Below, one piece after another: positions 51,627-64,000 of a stretch of DNA of 64,000 bases (position 1 is its first letter; each line of letters opens with the position of its first letter). This DNA is from Hemiscyllium ocellatum. Lineage: Eukaryota. The DNA lies in assembly GCF_020745735.1 (NCBI RefSeq), contig NC_083440.1, forward strand, positions 13,193,138-13,257,137. The letters run 5' to 3'. Made by a program: the position numbers and the translations under genes. A model generated the notes under the pieces. The model had not been told where the DNA came from, ran no database searches, and worked only from the letters and a program-made list of their open reading frames with translations.

Positions 51627-53609
51627 GCAGTTCTGGGAAATGGGCCAAACCTGCATCACAGACAACAACAACAGAGATAATGCCTCACACCTGATGGTCA
51701 GATTTTTACTCGAAATGAAGAAGAAGCGATGCTTCCTGTTTCTGCCTCACCTTGGCAATGTGCTCATTCCAGATTTTTGTGTACACACCAGCCCGTCTGA
51801 ATCATATGCGCAGCGCCTGTAGGTAATCTGTCCTGACCATGAAGGGGATAAAGAATCGGTCGGTCTAGTTCCGAGAGAACATAGCCTCACTCTGGGCTCC
51901 TGAGGCCAGCTTGAACTGGTCAGAAATGCTCGAGTCTTGTTACCAACAGTGGATCTGAATAGAGATCGGCGTTGCCATACACGCACGGAGAGGCTTTGAA
52001 CTGCAGGCCTCTGCTACCTGAAACAGATTCCCCCTCTCAGACTCGCATCCTTCCTAATGTACTCGACAAATGCTCCATACAGCAGGCAAACAAGGCAGGA
52101 GAGAATGGGCAGCCCCGCCTGACTCATTGACCCATTGATTGAGACCGTCCTAATGATGTTGCACAGCACATCACACATACACGAACATATCTGAGCAATT
52201 ACCTGAACATTGAGAATCAGCAGGAATATTTACTGTGAAAGAGAAACTGAGCACTGACACCAATTATAAAGAAATGTCTTGACACTCTCCAAGGACAAAG
52301 CGATACACTTGATTGTATCAATATCCACAATCATCCAGTCCCTCAACCACCAATGCACAATATCAGCATTGTGTACCAGCTTCAAGACACACTGCAGAAA
52401 TTCACCACAGATCCTGAGACCGGACCTTTCAGCACGTGATCACTTCCATCCAAACAAGGGCTGAGACACATGACAACACCATACCATACGCGTTTCCCGC
52501 AAAGTCACTCACCATTTTGAGTTTGAAGTATATTGCTGTTCCTTCAATATGACTCTGTCAGACTCCTTGAGTTCCCTCCCTCAGCGCACGTGGATCAGCC
52601 TACCAGCTGTTGACAGGAAGCAGCGCTGCTCCACCTTCAAGAGGCAGGCTATCAATGCTCGCACAGCCCCAATGCCTGCGTCATTGCACAAAGCAAGGAA
52701 CTTGAGCCGGTAATGTGTGCTCATGTAACCAAATATAAACAATTGTGCATGCTGGTCCATTTCCTGTGGCACCCAGCAGACACAATCTGCCAACACACAA
52801 ATGATTGTTTTCTTTTATGCCGGTTCAGAGTTGCAATAACTTCTCATTCATAGCAAATGAATGCATTCATTTAAAATTGAAATCACTTAACAGAGAACGG
52901 TCTCCCTTTACAATGTTATTTGTTATTTACAAGAACACAGTCCATGGGCTTCAAACAACCAGCTCAAAGCCTGTGCTGACAGTGAGAAGACCCTTTTGTT
53001 TTCCTTACTTCCCTTTCTCTTTTATTGATCCCCGACATGACCACTGCACAGCAGTATTGCTTATAATTCTCCCACATCACTCGTGTCTCTGTGGCTGTGT
53101 AAGTATGTATAGACCCAGAAAAAACACATCATTGCAAAAGAAGTCCATGCTATAATTGTACCAGGAGGAAAAGCACCCATGTAGCCAGGTAGTCATCAAC
53201 AAGCAATGCCCAAAAGGGGTAAGGTGTGCATGAGAAAATAAAGTGAATGGGAAGGGAAGGGGAAAGAAGAAATGAAAATGAATTTGGAGGGGGAAATTAA
53301 ACTCTCTATTCCCCATTGTGACAAACTCTCCCAAAGGCATCAAGAGTATTCGTGGACACCACATGTTCCGTCTCCAAGGACACACGGCCTCGAACATCAC
53401 TGCATACGATGGACAGGCATTCAGCAGAGACCATCTCCTGTTTAACTCCGTGGTTGGCCCAGGTTTACAGTCCCAGTCAAGGATCTGACAGTCAGTGTGA
53501 TCAAACGTGGTCCTCTTTCCAATGATGAAACTACTCTCCCACCAAGTCCGGGAACGTGCACGAGCTCTTTCTCTTGTAACTTCTACTTCAACATTTTGAA
53601 CAGAATTGC

Positions 53610-54869
53610 GTTCAACTGAATTTTTGTCACGTGTGACAAGGCACAGTGAAATGCTTTGTCTTGCGAGCGATAGGCATATCACATAGTTAAGTAGCATAGT
53701 TCATTAAATAATGAGTTAACAGAGGCAAAAACACAAACAAAGTTATGCGAATGTTAAGAGATTGTGTGTCCATTCAGTATATCACAACATAGGATAGAAA
53801 CTTTTACAAACCAGCTGGTGCGTGTGTTCTGGTTTGTTTACCTTCTCCCAGATGGTGGAGGTTGTGGAAAAGTATTGCCAAGTGGGCTGGATCTGTGAGA
53901 ATGCTGGCAGCCTTTATTTGACGACGGGCCTATCGATGGAAAGTGTAGATGGAAGGTTGGCCTGTGTGATTTTCCGGGCAGGGTTGATCACTCTCTGCAA
54001 CCGTTTCTGATCTTGAATGGTATAATTGCCATTTCAAGTAGTGATACATCCAGACAGAATGGTCTTGAAAGCGCACCCCTAGAGAGTTAGCAAGACTGTT
54101 CACTGTCATGCAAAAGTTTCTCAGATGCCTGAGGAAGAATAGATGCTGTTGAGCCTTTGTAACTCGTGCGTCACATTGAGTCCAAGAAAGCTTGTTGTTG
54201 ATTACCACTCCCAGGAGCTTGACACTCTCCACTTGTTCCAGCACAGTGCTGTTCATGTGCAGGGGGATATGAATAACACACCGCCAAAACTCAATAATGG
54301 GTTCCTTTGATTTGCCGGTGTTGAGAGCTTAATTGTTCTCAGTGTGCAATTTTTCCAAATCTTCTTCCTCCAGTCTGCAGTCTGTTTCGACACCAACTGA
54401 GAGTCGATCGACTATGGTGACGTCATCAACAAACTCGGAAATGGCATTAGTCTGGTATTGGGCGACGCAGTCATGGAAATACAATGAGTACAGTAGGGGG
54501 CTGAGTACGTACCCCTGGGAAGCTCCAGTCTAAGTTTTGTGAGGGTGAAATATTGTCCCCAGTCAACTGATTGTAGCCTGTGGGTCAGGACACTGAAGAT
54601 CCATTTGCAGTAATTGGGGCTTAGTCTGAGATCACTACTTTTTGCAATCATGGGATTACAGTGCAGTCAATGAATAGGATTCTTACAGAGCTGTTCTGGT
54701 GACAAGATATTCTGAGGAAGATTGAATGGCAAGTTATATGGCAACTGAGGTGGATCTTTTGGTCTGACATTCAAATTGGAGTGGGTCAAGAGTATTGGGG
54801 AGGCTGGAGCTGATTAATGCCATTATTAACTTTTCCAAGCACTTCATGACCACCGAAGTTAGGACCACT
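53610..54869 (-). mobile_element. Rex1/Babar-type LINE remnant, unit 3
   Basis: Paralogous to 3450-4720. Confidence 0.75.
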
Positions 54870-55525
54870 GGATGTTTATTTCGATTGCTTCTGATTTGGA
54901 TGCTGCTAAGCAATTCAACTTCCAAGGCAGCTGTAGATAGGTTTTCCAGGCTGTGCAGTCTCTTGGATAACGGACTACGGGTTCTCTTACTCATTCAAGG
55001 TGAGTTGGACTCTTTCATTGTCACAAGTACACATTCCAGCAGCAACGAGAATGGCTTGCTGGCTCTGATCATGCTGGAAGTGTTTATGGTTTGGCCACGT
55101 TTTGGCTTTGTTTTGGGGTTTTGTTTTGAGCTGACTTGGTGTCCATCTGCTCACGACATGTCCTGAGGAGATGCAATTGCGTTCACTCAAGGTTTATTCC
55201 CAAAGCCCAGTTGGTCTGGGAAGACTGTCCACTGATATGTTCCACTTACCACATTTGAAATAGCTGGTTGAAGTCCAGTTGTATTTCAGCGAGTAGATGC
55301 TTTTGCATGAATACATCACGAATCTCAATCCCGTCGTCATGGAAATACTTCCACCGACGTCAGTATCCCGTAATTAAGTCGCTTTTACTTTAGCGTGTAA
55401 AGTACTTGACACTGGTTCACTTTCCTCAGGACCAGCTCTCAGAGTGAACAGATCCCCTGACACTTTTAATTGCATCTATCGATCAGGGATTGGATCAGGT
55501 TTACAGCACCAATCAGCGAACTCAA
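54870..55525 (-). mobile_element. Gypsy remnant plus LTR, unit 3 copy
   Basis: Paralogous to 6250-6910. Confidence 0.65.
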
Positions 55526-56387
55526 TCAATACACTACCCACATTCTAGTTGGTATTCAAACTCATCAGCAGTCGGCACTCTACATACAAGGAACATTGGC
55601 ACCTGAACCACCTTACATTAGCTTAATATGATGCAGCCATCATTTCCTACCGAGCAGATAACGCTTACAATACTGTTAAATCACACTGACTTTATGCATT
55701 ACAAGATAGTTTTAGCCAGAAATGATCTGTCAGAATGGAAGTACTTTCAACATTCCTGTGGGTAATCCTGAATGGAATCTCCACTCAGAAATGCATAGCT
55801 TCGTTCTTTCATCAGAAAAGAAATGGCCGGTGTGGGATTCTCATTCACTAGCAAACCTGTCCTGGCATTTTTTTCTTTAATTTAAAGGGCGATAATGAAG
55901 GAAAACGTTGAGTCTCAGTATGATACAGAATAGTTTTACTGAAAACTTTTTGTTCTGTCTCTAGAAAATATTTCAAAATCAATCTTTAAAATGTAACTTT
56001 GTTCTTTCTAATATGTACACGATGTTGTACGAGGTACCTTTGTACCTACGATGCCCCCAGAAATGGTGGCAGTTTACACTTTTCACTGTACTCCTGCACT
56101 TCTGCACTTGAGCACGCATGACAATCAAATCAAATTGAAATTCTCAAGAAAGTAGTGGTATTTAATTTTAAAAACAGATTCTATTCTGCAATAATTCTCA
56201 GAGGGAAATGGTTAATTTCCTGCTTATTCAGACCACAGCAACTAATGCAATTAGTGATTCAAACAGATTTAATGTCTCACTGGACATTTAATTGCCAAAT
56301 AAAATGAGGTTGTGCTCACAATATTATCATATTTTGGTGGACAGAATTATTGACTACACGGATTCAGACAGACCTGACTGGGACAAA

Positions 56388-56457
56388 ATGAAATACTCTG
56401 CAATCTTCCAGACAGCCCGTATATACTACCCAATACTTGCAGCTGTTGGTGTTATTG
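56388..56457 (+). CDS. GPR139-like GPCR copy C, coding exon 1 (possible in-frame extension from ATG 56304)
   Basis: MKYSAIFQTARIYYPILAAVGVI followed by G|gtaagt. Confidence 0.85.
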
Positions 56458-59400
56458 GTAAGTCCTTAAATCCAGTTATGTTTCTGTAAACAAAAACAAA
56501 AGGTGCTGGAACTGATCAGCAAGTCTGCCAGCGTTTGGGAAGAGAAATCAGAAATAACATTTCAGGTATGTAACCTTTTCAAAGAACTTCTCCAGCAACT
56601 TGAATTTTGAGTCAGATTTACAGTATCCGGAGTTCTTGTGGTTTTTATGTTTGTGTAAAACCTACTTACCTCTCTAAATCTTTTTTGAAATTTGACAAAT
56701 TTTCCCTGTCTTTGGTTATTTCCCATCTTTGCGTTCTTACTGATTTCACGAGTAGTTCATTTTTATTGTTTTTCCTTCCGTTTGATGAAGCAGTGCTTTT
56801 TTATAAAAAAAAGTTTTACTCTGTATTTAGTATTCAGAGCATGCTGATTTAGCATTTATTCCCCATCCCATGTTACAGTTCAGAAGGCGGTTGTGAGCTT
56901 CCTTCTAAAGCCTTTGCAGACCATTTGGAGTTATATCATCCAAATTGAGTCATGGAGCACGGAAATAGACACTTCAGTCCAACACTTCCATGCTTACTTG
57001 TGAGCATCAAATATTGTTTACGACCTGTCCATAACATCATAGGTACATTAGCAATAGCAACAGAATGGGGCTATATGGCACGGCAAATCTGCTCCACTAT
57101 TCGCTCGTGGCTGATATAATTCCTAATCCTCTTCACCTGCTTTCTTCATACATCGTTTGATTTCCTCATTCATCAACAAACTGTTTAATTCTCCAATGCC
57201 TTCCTGTGGTAATGACTTCCACAGATTTACCATATTCTCGCTGAACAAATTAACCCTCATCTCTGTTCTTCAGGCTTGTCCTTTCACCCTGAGCCTGTCC
57301 CCTTGGATCCAGCTCGGTCCTATTGTGGAAACGCCTTATTCATATCCACTCAATCCAGGTCTGTTTGCGGAGTGTACGTTTGAGTCAGATTCCCCGTTAT
57401 ATTTAGAAACCCCACTGCATACAGGTCAAGAGTCCTCAAACACTCCTCATATGCCAAACTTCTCATCTAAAAAATTATTCCTTTAAATCTCCTCTGAGCC
57501 CCCTCCAAGTTCAACACATCCTTCGGTAGACAGGGCGCCCAAAACTGCGCACAATATCTTATGCAACGTGATAAATGTCCAGTAATGGGTGCCTGAAACT
57601 AATGAGTACATGGAACTTTCACTTTTATTCCGTATGTGAGTTGGTTACGTGATCCAGTTAGTTCACGATGTGTTTGTCCTTTTCTGATAATTGCAATCAT
57701 TTTCCAGCATTTGTTAATATTGGAAGGTATATTTTCTGCTTCCGGGTCCTATGTCCAATTTTTTATTGTTTGATTTTTTATCAAAGGGCAATGATTTCCG
57801 CAAGATGCAACATAGTGCTGTGCATAATAAAACACAGCAATGTGAATTGACTTCAATTCCGGACCATCAGATTAGCAGCACCGTGTTCTGCCCCTATAAT
57901 CACTGCAGCCACTGGTTCTGACTGCTGTGAACTTGTATAAACCGATCTCCTGATGAAGGCATCATAACCAAAACGTTGATTCTCTTGCTCCTCAGGCGCT
58001 ACCTGACATGCTGCGCTTTTCCACCACCACACTCTCGACTCTGATCTCCAGCATCTGCAGCCCTCACTTTCTACTTCTTAAGTAATTAATTACACAGCAT
58101 GATGCCTGGGACGAGTTAAATTGTCCATCTGCAAAGTTTATGGAAATTTATTGAAACTGAGTTAAATGTTTTCCGTTTTAACTTCTCGGAGAGCGAGATA
58201 AAGTTCATTTACGCAAGTTAACATCATCATTTTATCAAATATATGTTCTCCTATCAAAGTCGACCAACAGGGTAACGTGTTCCATGAGATTGATCTTTGT
58301 TTATCGTCAGGTCTGCCATTTCAGTACTTGCATACTTCCGAAATTTGATTCGAAAGGACAGTCCACAGAATCATAGGATGCCAATGGTGTGGAAGCAGCC
58401 CATTCGGCCCAATGAGTCTACACCAACCCTCCTCAGAATATCTAACACAGAATTCAACCCCTGCCAAACATATTCCCGTGCTTTTGCTTTTCACATGGCT
58501 AAGCCACCTGCATATTCTGAGAGATGATGGGATGACTTGCCATGGCCGTACAACCTATCCTGTACTTCTTTGGTCTGAAGGAGGAAACCGGAGCACTTGG
58601 AGGGGGAACATTCAACCTCCACAAACTGACGCCCGAAGGTGGGATGAATCCGGGTGCATGGCGCTGTAAGGCAGCAATGTTAACCACTGAGCCACTGTGC
58701 AACTCCCAAGCAGTTTACGGCTGTTTCCTTCTCCTCCCGACATCATAGGTTCCATTTCTGAATGTGGTACGCCCTGCTTTCTTCTTGTAGTTGTGCCCTC
58801 TGCTGTTTTTAGACGTTTAACAGTTCAAAGATTGAAAACGGTATTTTGTTTCTTTCGAAGCTCTTCGTCTCATATGTTGATCTTCTCCAAAAGTTGAATT
58901 TTTCTCACTCATCCATGAATCATATAAATTCGAGTATGACAGAAGGACATAGGAAACAGAAGCAGAAATAGCCTGACGGCTGTTCGATAAGGTCATGGTT
59001 CATCTGCCTCAAGTCACAACAACGCTTCAGTTCCAGTTCCACAAAGCCCTCAACTCCTTGATATTTCAAACATTTGTCGATCTCTGCTTAGAATACATTT
59101 ACTGATCTAACTTGCAAACTTTTCTTGGCAGAGAACTCCTGATATTTACTATCATCTGAGAAAAAAACATCATTTGATGCTTTGTTTGGAAGTTTGCAGA
59201 TGGCATCAACATTGTTCGTATAGCACACTATGAGCGTTATCTAAGATTGCAAAGGGCTGAACTGTGTCACTTGGCCGAGTAGCGACGGATGGAACTTAAT
59301 TTAGATTAATGCCAGGTGTTTCATTTTTGTAAGATGAACAAGGGAAGGGCTTTTGTAGTTCATAGAAGGACACTGGGTAGTGCTGTCAAACAGAGAGATC

Positions 59401-60060
59401 TCAAGGTTCAGTTACATATTTGTTTTCATGCTATGTCGCAGGTATGCAGGCTGGTAGAGAAGGCGTCTGGAATGCTTCATAGCTCATATCACGGTGTACA
59501 GATATTTGGATGTCATATTGTTTTTGTTTGGGACATTGGTGAGTCCATTTTCGGAATACTGTGTACAGTCCTGGTCATCTGCGATCCATGGAATAGTATT
59601 ACTTTGGTTTCATTTGATAATTATCAGCATGTTCAAAGTATGGAGAGTTTGAGTTATGAGGATAGGCTGAATAGTCAGAGGTTATTTTTTTCTCCAGCGT
59701 AAGAGACTGAGAGGTAACGTTATAGAGGTTATAAAATCTTCAGTAAAAAAGGGTAAGGCGAATAATAAAGGCATTTTCGCTCAGGTGTTGTGGGGAGGCG
59801 GCGCTCAAAACGGGAGATCATAATTTTAAAGAGAAAGGAGAAAAATTTAAAAGACAACAAAGAGTCAGAATTATCATATTGAGGTTGGTTCATATGTGGA
59901 ATGAACAACCAGAGAAAGTGGTGGATGCAGGAAGAGTTACAATATTTAAAAGTTATTTACGCGGGTATACAGACAGGAAAGGTTCAGAGGGAAACTGGTA
60001 ATTTGCCGGAAAATAGGACTACTTTAATTTGGGAAACCCAGTTGGTATGGCTAATTTGGA

Positions 60061-61045
60061 CTGGCTCTTGGGGCGAATGGCATCAGGGTGGCCTACCCAC
60101 TCGCTGGCTTTCGGGATAGCCTACCAACCTTCAGATTCACAGGAAGGCCTACCCACCCTCTGGCTCTCGGGGTGACAGCCTTCAGGACAACCCATGAGCC
60201 TTCCAGCACACAGTAAGGCGTGCCAGTCCCAGGGACACACAAGACAGTGCAGGTGATAGACCCAGCAAACACCACAATACACAGTAAATTACCAAAAAAA
60301 CAGAGTCCTTTCTGATGCACAGAGTCCAGATATCGAATCTTCTAAATGTAGAGTCCATTCTCAGGAACAAAGTCTACTCCAGTTGTTGTGGTGCATTGTC
60401 CAAAATGGAGTCCATTCCAAACTGCAGAGTCCACTCCTGAAGGCAGCAAATGCACACCCCACAGCACACAGGTGTTCAGTCTCCCTGGAGTCCGAGCCCA
60501 TCCTTGAAAAACCAGGCCCACTCATTGGAACATAGCATATTTTACACGTGCAGTTAACTCACACGGGTTTTGGTCCACTCCTGAAGGCAAGGTCTTCTCT
60601 CAGATTCCACAATACAATAAGTACTCTCCTCCCAGCACACAAATGTTTTAATCATCAGAGGCTCAGTCCCAGGGCTAGGCCTCCCCACAAGAACATCACT
60701 TGTGGTAGAATATGTCGTCTACAAGTCCAAACACCAAAGACAGAGAGGATACATACAAAAAAACATAGGAAACTAGAGTCCAAGGGCTAAGCCCTACCAC
60801 AAAATTGACATTATCCTTTTCTCAAAAAGTAGAAAAGAGTAACACACAATCTGTAACCAGCCATTAAAATAACAATCCCACAAAGAGAACAGAGTTACAC
60901 CTGAAACCCATGATGTGCATCGGGAGTTTAACAATAAATCCACATTAAAAGCAATGCCAATTAACAAACTAGCTAAGTAATTCAGCCAGTTCAGGAATCA
61001 GGATCCCCCCTCTAAAAAAAAGGAGGGGAAACAGAAACTCACAGG
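60061..61045 (-). mobile_element. Deleted remnant of the same array in intron C
   Basis: Matches about 14320-15283 and 35635-36615. Both ends are deletion junctions. Confidence 0.75.
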
Positions 61046-62176
61046 CATAAGTCCTTCTGCCCGAAACGTCGATTCTCCTGTTCCTCGGATGACCTGACAG
61101 CCACATAAGTAATTGGATTAGGTGTGCATGTTCGAAATTACTAACATGATTGTTCTATAATGGTATAAATGATTGTTCTATTCCTGATGAAGAAGGGCTC
61201 TGGCCCGAAACATCGAATTTCCTGTTCCTTGGATGCTGCCTAATCTGCTGTGGTTTAACCAGCAACACGTTTTCAGCTCTGATCTCCAGCATCTGCAGAC
61301 CTCACTTTCTTCCTTGAGAAGATGGTGGCACTTTCTTGAACCGCTGTGCTGCTTGCTGCGGGGTTACCCACAATGCCCTGACGGAGGGAGCTCCATGATT
61401 GTGACCCAGCAATAGTGAAGGAACGGTGATGTATTTCCAAGTCAGGATGGTGAGTATCTTCAAGGGAACTTGCACGCTGTGGCGTTTTCGTGTATCAAGC
61501 GCCCTGACCTTGTGTATGGAATCTGGGTGTGGGTATTACTTTATGCTAATCCTTGATGAATTTCAAGCGAAGTTTATAGATAGTACAGTACACACTACTG
61601 GTCCTCCGTTTTGATGGTAGATGAGGTGAGTACTTTTGTGGATGTGATGCTAATCAAGTGGGCTCTAATCACACTTTCCAATTACAGTATTACTGTTAAG
61701 ATAAAGTACCACTCTCACTAAGTTCCCTCATGATTCTCACATGCTTCTATGTCTCCCAACTCTAAGGCCTACCTCCCCTCATTAACAGACCCTACAGATT
61801 TGTGACTAGCATACATGAAAAAGCATGGGACCCAATGCAGTGACAACTCAGTCCAACAATTCAGTCTTCATATTTAACCATCTCAGTTCAACTGCAAAAA
61901 ACGTATACTGTTGTGATTGTTCATACTCAGTTCCTGATCAGGTCCATTGATGGAAAATATCTTGTCAATTTTAACATTTTGATTTGATTTTTTTCTTCCA
62001 TTACCAGTTTAGTAAGTGTGAAAAATCTGCTAAATATTTCAGTGAGTCTATTAGCATGACCGACTTGCATTGAAATATTTCATTTGTTTCTTTTATTGTT
62101 CTTATTCTAGCTTGTTTGTTGATTTACTCTGCTTCTCTACTTTTCTTGCAGCATATCTTTGTTTCATTCTGGTTTG

Positions 62177-62315
62177 CGTGTATCAAGCGCCCTGACCTTG
62201 TGTATGGAATCTGGGTGTGGGTATTACTTTATGCTAATCCTTGATGAATTTCAAGCGAAGTTTATAGATAGTACAGTACACACTACTGGTCCTCCGTTTT
62301 GATGGTAGATGAGGT
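62177..62315 (+). repeat. 139-bp exact duplicate of 61489-61627
   Basis: Identical by direct comparison. Absent at the equivalent position in units 1 and 2. Confidence 0.9.
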
Positions 62316-62471
62316 CTGTAATTCCAATGTAATCTTTTCACTGTGCATCATGTAATTGAGTTAACATATTAATCTGAGGCAATTGGTCTGATTTTTCAGA
62401 TATATTAAATTGATGATTTTGCTGTGATTTTAATCGTGAAGAAGTGTGCATTTTTTTTATTTTTCTTACAG

Positions 62472-63376
62472 TTAACTTGGTGGGAATTGTGATTCTGAAT
62501 CGAGGCAATTGTGGGCTCTCCAAATGTATCACTCGCTATTTGTTGGCAATGTCTACAGCAGACCTACTTCTCGTCATCGTTACTGTCTTACTGCACCGAA
62601 TTAACACAATTTATTTCCCAGTAACTTTTTTATCCATCACTCCTGTGTGCAGCTTGAGACTTTCAATGACCGTTGCAACCCGAGCCTGTTCAGTTTGGTT
62701 CACAGTTGCTTTCACATTTGATCGGTTTGTAGCAATTTGTTGCCAGAAACTAAGAGCAAGATATTGCAAAGTGAGAACTGCATTTGTGGTTATAGTAACT
62801 GTGAGTTTGGTCAGCTGTTTGAAATCAAGTGTTTGGTATTTTGCAATTATGCCTGCGTTTGTTATTAACAATATACCATGGTTTTGCAGCTTGAAATCAG
62901 CCTATTATACATCATTATTCTGGAATGTATATGAATGGTTTGACAGTATAATTACACCATTACTTCCAATTGCATTGATTTTAATATTCAATGCTCTGAC
63001 TGTCAGGAATATTATAACATCTAATCGCATCCGCTGTCGCCTCCAGATCCAAGGAAATTGTCAGAATAGTACCGATCCCGAGGTGGTAAACAGGAGAAAA
63101 TCCATCATCTTGCTCTTTGCATTGTCTGCTAATTTTATACTGTTGTGGATGCCATATGTAATACACTCTTTCAAGTGGCAAGTAATAAACTACAATTATG
63201 AAGACAAGGCATTGAGTAATGCAATATTTGTCTTTCAAGAAATTGGATTCATGCTACAGTTTCTGAGTTCGTGCACCAACACTTGCATATACGCTCTAAC
63301 CCAAAGTAAATTCAGAGAGGAATTTATCAATGGAGTAAAATATGCATTTACACGAATTATTAAATTATGCCAATAA
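62472..63376 (+). CDS. GPR139-like class A GPCR copy C, coding exon 2
   Basis: cttacag acceptor, 905 nt open, same 7TM motifs as copies A and B. Confidence 0.93.
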
Positions 63377-64000
63377 GCTTACAAGCCTGACCTGTATTTG
63401 AACTTGGATTTCCAATGTTCCTACAGGACCACCAAGTTGAAATAACTTGTGAAATTTCCCAGGTTTCATTAACTGAAAAGAACTCCATGTCCTCAGAATT
63501 GGAAAGACGAGTCTTGGCCACGAGAATTGGAAATGATCAGTTGTGCAAAAAATTAACGATTTGTATTTAAAATATGTCATTGAGACATAGTATCTGTCAA
63601 GGATTTTGCTGGGCAAAGGGATGACTCTTTGATTTTGCGTTTCATGTGAAAAACTATTTCAATTTGAAAACTATTTAAATCACTGCTTTCTGTAATCAAT
63701 AAGCTTGCGTTCTTCTGTTGAACGTTCAGTGGAAAACTTGTGTAAATATGTTCAATGACTGACTACCATGGCAAAAAAATTCAAACATTAAACATAAAAT
63801 CTTCCAAGCTACTGTCATTTTGAAATTTGATTTTAGTGGCTTTATTTGCAGTTGCGATGAGAATATGTAAAATTCAAAGCTCTTTTCCACAATTCACGTT
63901 CAGTCCCTTACAAAAAGTGACCAGTGCAGATTCTGGATATCAGAGTCGAGAGTGTGGTCCTGTAAATAGCACCGCACATCAGGCAGCATAGAGGAGCAGG

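Larger units (their letters stand above)
49515..64000 (+). repeat. Tandem segmental duplication unit 3 (runs off the window)
   Basis: Collinear with the other units. The window end corresponds to about 26010 of unit 1. Confidence 0.92.

Noticed and set aside
53077-53697. 206-aa minus-strand ORF (and the 175-aa ORF at 4958-5485)
   Set aside because: Both span junctions of unrelated repeats, show no recognisable domain, and are broken or absent in the paralogous units.

Overview
Eukaryotic, TE-rich genomic DNA. The repeat families and gene type point to a cartilaginous fish, probably a carpet or bamboo shark (inference). The window is a tandem segmental array of about three units (1-27473, 27474-49514, 49515-end). 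Each unit carries one intact two-exon class A GPCR of the GPR139/GPR142-like group: 70-nt exon 1 plus 905-nt exon 2, 324 aa, with introns of about 16.6, 12.6 and 6.0 kb. Between and within the genes lie decayed CR1, L2-like, Rex1/Babar, Tx1-like, Gypsy, tRNA-SINE and Penelope-like sequences, and some Penelope pieces carry minimal hammerhead motifs. The most unusual feature is an intronic head-to-tail array of a non-coding ~1.9-kb poly(A)-tailed element on the minus strand. It splits a Gypsy-type LTR at its TATA box, and nearly every junction carries a version of the same ~14-bp site. It looks like a self-nesting, target-site-specific non-autonomous retroelement with internal hairpin modules. 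TE boundaries are approximate and family names come from motif recognition, not database searches.
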